64,000 bases of DNA from Euglena gracilis (lineage: Eukaryota): the NCBI GenBank assembly GCA_039621445.1, contig CP154954.1, forward strand, positions 11,071,229 through 11,135,228, read 5' to 3'. Shown piece by piece: positions 22,952-33,193 of the stretch. Position numbers and translations under genes: made by a program. Under the pieces are notes generated by a model. That model saw nothing but the letters and a program-made list of their open reading frames with translations. It ran no database searches and was not told where the DNA came from. The first letter of the stretch is position 1. Each line of letters begins with the position of its first letter.

Positions 22952-25189
22952 TCATGGAAACATCAATGTTATGCTTCTTGTTCCACAGCTTCCAATCCTG
23001 CTGGACATACCCAACAAAACTGGTCGTTGGCTCCAAGTGTCCTCCTCGGGCCCATACCCTTTCCAGCGGACCTTCCAAAGGCGCATACCTTTGTCGATTT
23101 TGTTATCGATAATTATATCGACTACAAAGTCGTCCGTCTCAGGTAATCTGGAACGGGGTTTGAAGTGCAAACACGGGATGGGTTTCCCATCCGGTGGCGA
23201 CAGGTATGGCCTGAAGTCGTCCATATGAACGCCCTTAACACCATTCGGTAATGCGACCTTGTAACGCCTGCTGGTACCTAGTCTTTCTAGGATTTCACAG
23301 GGGCCGAGCCAGAGGAGGTCCAGCTTGGAAGACTGCATGCGAGTACGGCTATTCCGTACCCACACGCGGTCACCGGGACCATACACAGGTGACTTGAAAT
23401 TCTGCAAAAACGATTTCCGTTTAGTTCCTTGAACTTCAGTGACTCGCTTCTGGACTGCAGAACGTAGATTTTCTACTTCCGCAAACCAGGTCTCGCAACT
23501 GACACTCGTTCGGGCGGGTCTCTTCGAAGGGACATCCCCTATGGCCGGAGGGTCCCGTCCGAAAACTAATTTATAGGGGGAGTGAGGCAAAACCAACCCT
23601 GGTAAGGTATTGATATAAAACAAAGACCATGGTGGCACTGATATCCAGTTGCTGCACGAGTCAGCCAGTGAAAGGCGAAGCATATTCACGACGGATTTGA
23701 CGGCTGCCTCGGCTCTACCACTGCCTTTGGGTCGGTATACAATGGAAAAATGTTGCTCGATTCCGAGTAAACCGCACAAAGTGGTGAAAAACCTTGAAGA
23801 AATCAAATGGTCTTGATCACTCACGATTTCATTCAGTAAACCCATTAAGCAAATACATCTCTCCTAAAATATAACCGCCAAATTTTGAGCAGTCAACCCT
23901 GACTTCTGGCATGGAATGGCTACAATGTACCCACTCAGCCTGCAGACGACAACAAAAACGTAATCGTAAATTTTTTCGTCCGTTCCTTTGCACAGTTCTA
24001 ATTCCGGAAAATCCATGCAGAGGGATGTAAAAATGTCAGGGGGTACGGGGAAAAAATCCATCGTACCAGGGGGGGTACCTCTGCGGGGTTTTACCGCTTG
24101 ACAAATTTGACACCGTTGCGCTATTCGCAAACAGCGTGAGTAAAGCTCTTTCTCGCGCAGGGTTGTGCAATACCTGCGGCCCACCAACGAAAGAAGTTTG
24201 GGGGCCCAAGGGTGACCGTGGTTGTGATAGCACAAAATAACGTCATCAACCAGGTCCTGGGGGATACAATATTTGTAACCCGATTCATTGCGAAAAACCA
24301 ACCGTAAATGTGAAAGAGTGTAATTCTCCAGCACTTCGCCACTACGAAGTCTGGTGACTATGGTGTCATACACAGTATCACGACTATAATCCCATTCGCG
24401 AAAGAACAGTGGGGAAGGGGACTCTGTGCGTGTAATACGCCGGGGTCCGAACGTGCTTCCACGTCGGCGCCTCCCGCGCACTGGTGCGACCAGGAGTAGT
24501 TGTGAAACGGGAAAAGAATCCAAAAGATTATCCGCAGCGTCGTTTCGACGTGCGTATTCGTCAGCTTCCTGACTTCCATGAAAAGTCGCGTGTCCCTCAT
24601 CCGGGTTCCCAGGGTAATACCAAGGGGCCCGACTGAGCGGATCCGCTACTTTTTGTGTGTGACCAGGGGTATAAATAACTACAAGGTTGAATTGACTCAA
24701 GAACTCATACCATCTGCATCGCCTTCCGACCGATGACATGGCCTTGTTCAAATCCTCGGTGTACCAGTGTTGGGGATTCTCATGGTCGGTCTTGACGAGG
24801 ATCTGGACGAGGCTGCTGGGAACCCAGCTTCGGAATTTCTGGAGTATAAGCACGACTGCGTAGGTTTCCTTCTCTCGTATAGTCCACTTGACTTGATCTT
24901 TACCGTCGTCGCCCTGTAGCTTTCTGCTGAAGAAAGCCACAGGCCGGAGTTCATTCGCCGCGTTTTGCTGGCTAAGAACTCCGCCAACAGCGTAATCGCT
25001 GCTGTCGACTTCCAACACGTATGGTTTGCACGGGTCCGCGATTTCGAGGACAACATTCTCCAAAAGCAAAACCTTGATTTTCTCAAGGGCCTCGCGCATG
25101 TGGTCATCCCAAATGACTTTGGTGTTGTGATCAGCCCGGTTTTTGAGCTGTTTGGGGAGGGGCACCGCGATTTTTGCGAAGTCCTTCAT
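22952..25189 (-). pseudogene. pol: Family B RNase H, integrase and chromodomain
   Basis: LEVDSSDYAVGG, EKETYA, TDH, ADPLSR; HNHGH...CQIC; LCMDF, VSDQD, GRAE; WLGP; WKVRWKGYGPEEDTW. Confidence 0.9.
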
Positions 25190-26080
25190 ATATCGCGTAA
25201 TATTAAGCTAATCCCAAAAATCCTTTGATGTGTGTAATCGTTTTGATTACCTCAGGGGTCCATTTCCTGATGGCTTCGAGTTTACTCTGAGCGGCTTTCC
25301 GCTGTCAATTGCTGAGAATGTGACCGCAAAATTTAATAAGTATCCGAAACAAATGCATTTTCGCGCCTTCGCGAAAAGCACATGTTTTTGAAAAGCAGTT
25401 AATACCGCGCAAACATGGTGGACGTGTGTGACGAGAATGAGAATATCTTCGCTCGATTTTGCGGATGGTGGCGGTGTTCCCACCAGCACATCATCAATAT
25501 ACACAATGGCAAACGGTAAATCGCGTAGAACCCATTGTATCATGCGTTGAAACATGGCTGGGCAATTCTTAACACCCATGGGGAGCACCGTCCATTGGTA
25601 CACACCCTTGGATGTCACGAATGCCGTGTATGGTTAGGAGTCAGGGTGCAAGTGCATTTGGTGAAAACCGTCCTCCAGATCGAAAATTGACCACAACCGG
25701 TTTTCCGATTGTTTGGTGATCAAATCCTCGATCAGGGGGAGCGGGAAGGGATCATCCCTTGTCTGGGAGTTCAGGCACCGGTAATCCAGCACCAGTCTCC
25801 ATTTCATCTGACCTGAGGGGTCTGGAGGTTTAGGAACAACAAATGCCTGGGATGCCCACTCGCTTTTCGAGGGTACGATCCACTTGCGCCGGATAAGCTT
25901 CTCAATCATGTCATTGAGAGCTTGTTCGCGTTCTCCCGAACAACGAAAGACTTTCCGGTGCATCGGTTTAGCTCCTTCCTTAAGCTCGGTCTTACAAACA
26001 CCGAACGGACCGCGTATCGCGGGGTCGATGTCGCACGCGTATACTGGATTTTCCAGCACACCGTGAAATTCGCGGGTGAT
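25190..26080 (-). pseudogene. pol: Family B reverse transcriptase
   Basis: WRLVLDYRCLN, IFDLEDGFHQ, LPMGVKNCP, VYIDDVLV; interrupted by stops and frameshifts. Confidence 0.92.
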
Positions 26081-26199
26081 CCGCGAACAGAATTCGGCTG
26101 CCTTGGGATGCTGCCCTGCACTCTCAATGACTGCGGAAACCACCAGGGTATCCCTGGGGCTACCGAGCTTCCTCGGCACCGCGAATTCGGACATTTCGA

Positions 26200-26600
26200 A
26201 TGCATCGAAGAAACATACGCGAAAAATGATTTCTTGCAAGGGTGGTAATATTTTACCACAAAAATCTTCAAAAATTGGTACATTAGTGGGTAAATCCCAC
26301 CAATGAAAACATACACACGATAGTTGGGTGAACCATTCCGCTTCCGGAATGATGGGTATGAGAATAACTCCACGGGCTTCATCCCGCAGAGTTTTGTCAA
26401 CCGCACATTCGATAAGTTTTGAGGGAGGGTGCATCCATAACACCGTATCACCCCAAAATTTATCAAATGCGTTGGAGTGTTGTGACCAATGACGTGGCAA
26501 ACGGGCATGTGCATTGGATGAAAAGGCATCGATTTCCAATGCCAAATCAAATGAATCAGCCAATGTCGCGATTTTGGAAAACCGTTGTTCCAAAATGCGA
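26200..26600 (-). pseudogene. Dam-like N6-adenine MTase domain between PR and RT (catalytic motif reads HPPS)
   Basis: LEIDAFSS...NAFDKFW...LWMHPPS...GVILIP...EWF is colinear with the NPPF/NPPW domains at 59732-60427 and 32810-33193. Confidence 0.8.
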
Positions 26601-27466
26601 TATTGACCAAAATTTAAAGCATTCCATACGCGTTTCGCGTATACATGCACCCGATTCCCGGGTTGGGGTGACGAAACACAATGAATGGATCCACAAACAT
26701 GCGGGCAGTCTTCCACTTCCTCAAGGGTTAACCCAGGGGAGTTTGGACAGGTTGGGGTTTTCTCCATTCCGCATCAAATCCGTACCAAGTTTGATTGCGA
26801 TTAAAATTAGGAATGACGCTTTTCGCGTTTCTAAACGAGGCTAATCCGCGTTGTTGGAGTGCTCGGTGTATCTCCGCGCATTGCGGGCTACAACCAAGTG
26901 TATCATGGCGTGTGTATTCCGTCTTCGGAATTGTGATTAGTGTCGGATTTTGAACTAGACATCCACAATCGAAATCCGATTGGGTGGATATTCTCCTGCA
27001 GTGCACACATTGGAAGGACGTGTGTTGGTGTGACAGGTGTGCGTGTAAGTGGGTGTCGATGGCATTAGCCGGTGAGTCTTGTACAGGTGTTCCTGGGTTC
27101 GGCACAATTGGTGGGAATCGGCGTGGTGGTGTAGCTGGGCGACTACTCGACACCGTGATCCCTGCAGGCCTTTGGGCTTTCGTCTTGTAACCCAGTGGAA
27201 CGGTGTGGGTACCGCTACCCGCTTGCCCTACCTCATTTGGAACGCATGTAGGTGTGTCATTGGGTAGGAGTGAGGCTTTCTACGTAGCCCGAGTGTGGAA
27301 AACGGTTGTTGGTGTGGTGGATAACGGTGTTGCCACTGTGTGTAACGGTGTTGGAAAACTGGTGGTCATCATAGTGGATGTCAACGGTGATGGTGGTTTG
27401 GGTGGCATTGCAGTGTTGGGTGCTGTGCGCAAACCGTGGGAGTCGTAATCCACAACCAATCGGTAC

Positions 27467-27956
27467 TGTTCACCGGCCCCACCCCCTGTGCGCCGCCGGT
27501 CGCCCCTGCGACCGGCGAGTCCCGGTGGGCCGAGGGCCCGGGGGGGTTCTCGCCGTCGTGGATAACCACCGACAGCAGGGGGGTGGGTGTTTCCGGGGTG
27601 GGGCCTGCGCTTTCTCGGGAAATTGGTGGGCTCAAGCCAACCCCCATTTTTTCACCCAGGTGATTTCCCCAACCCCAGCCGGCGCGTAGGATCGTTTTTT
27701 CAAAGTTTTCCGAAATTTTAGTGAAAAACGATCCTACGCGCCGGCTGGGGTTGGGGAAATCACCTGGGTGAAAAAATGGGGGTTGGCTTGAGCCCACCAA
27801 TTCCCCGAGAAAGCGCAGGCCCCACCCCGGAAACACCCACCCCCCTGCTGTCGGTGGTTATCCACGACGGCGAGAACCCCCCCGGGCCCTCGGCCCACCG
27901 GGACTCGCCGGTCGCAGGGGCGACCGGCGGCGCACAGGGGGTGGGGCCGGTGAACA
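27467..27956. repeat. ~230-bp-arm inverted repeat made of two head-to-head copies of the LTR 3' (U5) end
   Basis: 27467-~27698 is the reverse complement of ~27724-27956, with one mismatch seen and a short spacer. Confidence 0.9.
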
Positions 27957-30900
27957 TGGTTAGCAGAGGTCGGCTCACTGACTTCGTCAGTGAGGTTTTT
28001 TCAGATTCGGTGAACGTTGTTGCAGAGATTTGTTCCGCTGCCTCTGCCAGCAGAATCAGTGCAAAGTTTTCAGATTCGGCTGACATCACAAGCAAAGGTT
28101 GTTTCACTGACCCAGTCAGTGAAAATTTTTCAGAGACGGTCAACACGGTCACAGAGGATTGTTCTGTTGGCTGTGTCAACAGAATGGTACACGAGGGCAG
28201 TTTCACCAACTCAGTTGTCTGTGAATATTCAGAAGAATCTGCAGAAATCTGCTCGTTTTCAGGTCAATCTGTCCGAGTTTCAGATTGTGGTGAAAATTTT
28301 CTGAGATCTGTGGCAGAAATCTATTTTCAGAACGAAAAGGAAACTGAGTTTTCTGCAGCCCAGTTTTCAGAACCTGTGGCATCATTGCAAATCGTGACGG
28401 AATCTGTGGCAGAAAACAATTTTCAGGCTGCAGAAACTTTATCGTCTTCAGAATTTTCAGAAACGACACAGGAATCAGAATCTGATTCTGATTCGGGGAG
28501 GGGGGCAATTACACGCATAAGGCCCATCACGGTGGCAGGGCCAGAAAATTTTCAGCTGGTTCCACTGCACAGCAGTGATGAGGAACCAGACCCCCCAGCT
28601 TACGAAAGTGAAACAGAGGAAGAAAAACAGGCTGAAAACGCAATAATTCAGGAAATGGTTATGCAAAGAATGAAAGCGGCTGGCATGTGGCCAGTAAATT
28701 TTTCAGGTTTTCAGCAAATTTCTGTGTCGTCACGAGACAGCAGCCCAGGGCCAGAACAAAAAATGTTGTGTTTAACAGCCCAGCCAGAACCATTGCTGTT
28801 AACACAGAGTTCAGAAACGCAGTCAGCACAGCCAGCTGCAGCCCAGCTGCAGGTTTTTCAGCCAGCCCAGCAGTTTTCGGCTGAGTCATCTGTTTCAGCA
28901 ATCATGGAGCCAGCCCAGATGACTTCACAGGTTTTTCACCCAGCCCAGCAGTTTTCGGCTGGGTCATCTGTCCCAGCAATCACGGGGCCAGCCCAGATGA
29001 CTTCACAGGTTTTTCAGCCAGCCCAGCAGTTTTCGGCTGAGTCATCTGTTCCAGCAATCATGGGGCCAGCCCAGATGCATGGGCAGGGTTTTCAGCCAGA
29101 GTTAACAATGTCTTCAAACACAGGCCCAGCCCAGGTTTTTCAGCCAATTCAGCCAGATTTTCCACAGACCCAGTCACAGAATTTACAGCCAAACACCAGT
29201 TTTTCTGCAGAAACTGGGTCCGAAAACCCTGAAAATCAGCATGATGTGGAAATGGAATCGGGCTATGGCCAATCTGATGATGATTGGAACAATTGGGGTG
29301 AAGAAATCAGTTGCAAAATTGAATGTTTACATGGCAGACTTTTGGTGCAGGAAGGAAAAAATCCTGAGAAAACGGCTGAAAATCTGGTGGGGGAGGCAGA
29401 AAACAGGCTAAATCGGGCATTGGCCATGTCACATGGGCAGACATTGAATCTGGTCAACGAGGCATTGGGCATGCATGATGGGCGAATGGCTGATCACATT
29501 GCCATGGTGAAACGTGAAATTCAGGCTGAACTGAGTGCAACTGTAAACGACTTGCTTTTGCAGTTTCAGCAAAATGGTGAAATGGTGCAAAATCTGGCCC
29601 AATGCCAAAGGCATTTGTTGGGTGTGGAAATGGAACGGCAGTTTGCTGAAAAAGTGAAGAAAGTGGAGGATGGAGTAAACACGTTTTTTGAGGCCCAGGT
29701 TGAGGGGTTGAGAAAAAATGAGAGGGATTTTTCTCAGAAGCTGTCGTTTTTGGAAAAATCTGTGGGGGAGATGCACGTGGTGGTGCAACAAGTGGGGGAG
29801 AAGGAAAAACAGCAGGGAATTGCTGTTAATCAGGTCAAATCTGCAGTCGGTGAGCTAAGATCTAGTCTGGAGGGACGCTTTGGAGTCATTTTTCAGCAAT
29901 GCAAAGGTTTGGGGGAGACTGAGTGTGCCAAATTTCAGGCACAGGCTGAGAAATTGAAGGAATTTTCACAGTCCCTGGAGCGAGAGAGCAAAGCTCTGAA
30001 TGATCGTTTGGGGAGGTTGGAGAATTTTCTGGGTCGGAAAGATTTTCCCATTGAGAAAGTCTGTGACCTGATTAACAAGAGTGAGGAAACAATTCGGTTG
30101 GAGGTGCAAAGGGAGTTGGGGCTGCAAACGAGAAGGAATTTGGAGGTCATTATCAGTGAAATGTTGCAGGAAAAGTTGAGGCTAAGTGAAAGGGAGGGGC
30201 AGTTTGAAAAAGTGCGGGCTGAAATGGAAAACTCGATGAAACAACAGGTTGGAGTTTTACTGCAACAGCAGTGCGTTGAACTTCAAAAAGAACAGCAGGA
30301 ACGGAAAAAATTGCAACAAAAGCTGGATTTATTTCAGGCTGAGTTTTTGGTGATGAAAAATCAGCAAGCTGAATCTGCCAAATCTGCGACAGTGGATCTG
30401 ACAAAGGAAACGAGAGAAAAATCAGCTGGAAATTCAGAAATCGAGGAGTTTGATCTTTTTGGTTACAACGATTTCCCTGCGATCGAGAAAAATCCGGTTG
30501 AAATTGAAGACTATGAATACGCTGAACCAGGATCACATGCGACACATGTCAGGCAGGTTTGTGCACGACCTGTGGGGGCAGTACCTGCAGGTGCAGGGCT
30601 GGTTTCATCGAATGCAGTGGCAACACATCAATTGATGAAAAACCTGGTAGCTCCAAATTTTTCTGGACAGCCAAAAGACTGGTCGTCCTTTGTGAGGGAT
30701 TGGGATCAATATTTCAGGACGGTGGTTATTTTACAAAATGGAAATGTGTCTGATCCACTCAAACTTCGGCTTTTTGCAATGACTCTGGACGACACGAATC
30801 AGAAGGAATTGCAATTCCGACTGGAATTGAACGGAAAAACATCTTTCGAGGAGGAATTTGACAGGCTTGAAGGGAAATATGCTGGAACTCAATCCGAGTG

Positions 30901-31918
30901 TGCCAGAAAAAAATGGTATGATGTGAACCTCGTGAACCAAGGGAAAATTACCGTACAGGAATGGCGAGATTTTGTCATAAATTTCAGAATAGCCTGGAGA
31001 CAGGTGAAAAGCGCCACTGACGATGAGGCAGAAAGACTGGTCAAGGGAAAACTGCCAAATTTCATTTTGCATTGGGTCGCCGATGAGGAGGAAAGGAAAT
31101 CAACGTGTGGACCGAAAGTCAAAATGTACCCTGGAGTGCCTGCAACCGAGGAAAACATTATTTGTGCTGTGGAACGTGTCACTGGGGAAAAGCCCTGCAA
31201 GGTTTCGAAAGTTTCACCGCTGGAGTTCGAAGTCTTTTTGCCCAACACTACGATTTGCGACAAACTGAAGGAGGTCAGTGGGAAACCAATCACAGGCACG
31301 GATAAAAGGATCAAAATTGTGGAGGAACAGCCAAAAATGGGAGTTGAAGAAATTTTCCGTTTTGTTGAGCGAAAATTGTCTTCCAGGAATTCTCAAGACA
31401 TGATACACAGTTCCAGGGAGCCAAATGCATTTGGAAACCAGAGGGCCAGGTCTGCTAGGGCAGATCGGGCCAAGGGGTCCAGGACACCCTCCCCAGCACG
31501 GTCAGCAAAGGGGGGCGAAGCGGTGGCAAAACCGTCCGTTGGAAAATCAGATTCACAGGTGGCAGCCCCTGCGACCAATGCAAACATGAACCCCCCCGTG
31601 CAAAATCCAGTGCCAGTGGTTCGATCACAGTCATTGCCACCCCCCCAGCAATCTCAATTTGGCAATCGGGGGGGATGGAGAAATGATTCTGCGTGGAATT
31701 CCAATGCCAATGCCAATTTTCAGGGAAATCAGTGGTGGCACTCAAATCAACAGAATTTTGATTCACAGTCTGGTGGTGGCAAAGGCAAAGGCAAAGGAAA
31801 GGGCAAAGGAAACAATTCTTGGGGGAAAGGAAACAATGGAAATGACTGGTCTAGGGGAAAGGGCCAGGATGGTGGAAAAGGCAAAGGAAAAGGAAGGGGG
31901 AAAGGAAACCGTTGCTAG
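27776..31918 (+). CDS. gag: Family A Gag/ORF1, 1380 aa: acidic N-term, 26-aa Gln-rich repeats, long coiled coil, capsid-like region, GK/N/W-rich tail
   Basis: Intact ORF in the gag position with an FSGQPKDWSSFVRDW capsid-like motif. No CCHC knuckle; the true start codon is uncertain. Confidence 0.82.
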   Translation: MGVGLSPPIPRESAGPTPETPTPLLSVVIHDGENPPGPSAHRDSPVAGATGGAQGVGPVNMVSRGRLTDFVSEVFSDSVNVVAEICSAASASRISAKFSDSADITSKGCFTDPVSENFSETVNTVTEDCSVGCVNRMVHEGSFTNSVVCEYSEESAEICSFSGQSVRVSDCGENFLRSVAEIYFQNEKETEFSAAQFSEPVASLQIVTESVAENNFQAAETLSSSEFSETTQESESDSDSGRGAITRIRPITVAGPENFQLVPLHSSDEEPDPPAYESETEEEKQAENAIIQEMVMQRMKAAGMWPVNFSGFQQISVSSRDSSPGPEQKMLCLTAQPEPLLLTQSSETQSAQPAAAQLQVFQPAQQFSAESSVSAIMEPAQMTSQVFHPAQQFSAGSSVPAITGPAQMTSQVFQPAQQFSAESSVPAIMGPAQMHGQGFQPELTMSSNTGPAQVFQPIQPDFPQTQSQNLQPNTSFSAETGSENPENQHDVEMESGYGQSDDDWNNWGEEISCKIECLHGRLLVQEGKNPEKTAENLVGEAENRLNRALAMSHGQTLNLVNEALGMHDGRMADHIAMVKREIQAELSATVNDLLLQFQQNGEMVQNLAQCQRHLLGVEMERQFAEKVKKVEDGVNTFFEAQVEGLRKNERDFSQKLSFLEKSVGEMHVVVQQVGEKEKQQGIAVNQVKSAVGELRSSLEGRFGVIFQQCKGLGETECAKFQAQAEKLKEFSQSLERESKALNDRLGRLENFLGRKDFPIEKVCDLINKSEETIRLEVQRELGLQTRRNLEVIISEMLQEKLRLSEREGQFEKVRAEMENSMKQQVGVLLQQQCVELQKEQQERKKLQQKLDLFQAEFLVMKNQQAESAKSATVDLTKETREKSAGNSEIEEFDLFGYNDFPAIEKNPVEIEDYEYAEPGSHATHVRQVCARPVGAVPAGAGLVSSNAVATHQLMKNLVAPNFSGQPKDWSSFVRDWDQYFRTVVILQNGNVSDPLKLRLFAMTLDDTNQKELQFRLELNGKTSFEEEFDRLEGKYAGTQSECARKKWYDVNLVNQGKITVQEWRDFVINFRIAWRQVKSATDDEAERLVKGKLPNFILHWVADEEERKSTCGPKVKMYPGVPATEENIICAVERVTGEKPCKVSKVSPLEFEVFLPNTTICDKLKEVSGKPITGTDKRIKIVEEQPKMGVEEIFRFVERKLSSRNSQDMIHSSREPNAFGNQRARSARADRAKGSRTPSPARSAKGGEAVAKPSVGKSDSQVAAPATNANMNPPVQNPVPVVRSQSLPPPQQSQFGNRGGWRNDSAWNSNANANFQGNQWWHSNQQNFDSQSGGGKGKGKGKGKGNNSWGKGNNGNDWSRGKGQDGGKGKGKGRGKGNRC
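28850..29100 (+). repeat. 78-bp coding tandem repeat (QVFQPAQQFSAxSSVxAIxGPAQMTS)
   Basis: Three full units here versus two in copy 1 (12994-13149). Confidence 0.85.
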
Positions 31919-32185
31919 GATAGCCGGGGTGGACCGTTGGGGGCGGGAGCCGCCCCGGGCTCGCATACCCAGCCCCACACAAAGACATACACAACTCCCA
32001 GGTGGCAAGAAAAATCTCGTGTGAGTGAAAACACGATGAAAAATCTGCCATCCAAGGAGACTTCTGTGCAAGGTGTGTCCAATGTGTCGGGTGCGTGCGT
32101 GCGTGACGTGCAAATCTGTGACTCGGCCCAAATCTGTAAAAAATCAGATCTCGTAAGAGATCGTGCACAGCCTTCCGTAAAGAAA

Positions 32186-32773
32186 AGAGCTTTAGACCTT
32201 TTTTGCGGTAAAGGCTCGGTTGGGGATTGCCTGAGAGAGCAGGGGTTTAAAGTGATTTCAGTGGATATAAACCCCAGATTTAACCCAACCCACTGTGCAA
32301 ATATTTTGGAGTGGAGATATTGGAGGTACCCCCCCGGATATTTTCAGATCATCGCTGCGGGGGTGCCCTGTACAGAATATAGCTTGGCCAAAACATTGGG
32401 AGTCAGAAATTTGGAGGGGGCAGATCGGCTGGTCAAAAAAACTTTGGAGATTGTCGAATATTTCAAACCAAAGTTGTGGTGGATTGAAAATCCCCGTCAT
32501 GGACTTTTACGCAAAAGACCCTGTGTTCAAAATCTGACTTTTGTCGATTGTGACTAGTGTCAGTTTTCAGATTGGGGATATCAAAAGCCCACCCGAATCT
32601 GGGGGAGCGAAAATCTGAGCAAGCTACAAAACAAACTTTGTGATGGCCAGACCTGCCCGAATTTGATTCCTGGGGGGAGGAGTCACCGAGAAAAGTTGGG
32701 AGGATATGGAATGACAGTTGGCACCCAGAAAAAATGGAGGATGCCCAAACAACTGGTGGAGTATTTGTTAACC
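32186..32773 (+). other. C5-cytosine DNA methyltransferase domain
   Basis: Motif I LDLFCGKGS, II-III VDIN..CANIL, IV GVPCTEYS (catalytic PC), VI IENP, VIII-like QKPTRIW, X-like MPKQLV. Confidence 0.88.
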
Positions 32774-32809
32774 GTGTTGGAACGAAAAAGCGGATATCGT
32801 AGGGAGGAT

Positions 32810-33193
32810 TATGCTGTTAGGAAAGTTTGTATGGAGGAAATTGAGAAGGAATTTCGGGTTAAGGCGGAACGGGATTGTTTTGCAACCAGCCAAAATACCA
32901 GGTGTGAAAAGTTTTACGGGGAGGATGATGATGCCATGAAAAAGGATTGGGGGGCGGAGGAAACGTTGTGGATGAACCCCCCCTGGACTTTGTGGCCTGA
33001 GGTGGCTGAAAAATTGCAAAATTCCAATTGTCGGGCGATTTGCATATGCCCAGACTGGAATAGGAGGTGGGTGAAAAATCTGGTGGAGATGGCTGTCAAA
33101 AAGATTTATCTTCCCAAGGGGACAAAGTTGTTTGAGGCTGATGGGAGGATTTTGAGGGGTACCCGTTGGGGGGTGTGGGCCTTGTTGATTGAT
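32810..33193 (+). other. Dam-like N6-adenine DNA methyltransferase domain
   Basis: DCFATSQN..FY...DAMKKDW....WMNPPW..ICICPDW: the phage-Dam/DIRS-MT type pattern. Confidence 0.85.

Noticed and set aside
32186-33193. Bacterial restriction-modification locus or contamination
   Set aside because: The MTases are in frame with retroelement protease and RT, lie between LTRs, occur in two copies, and have no endonuclease partner.
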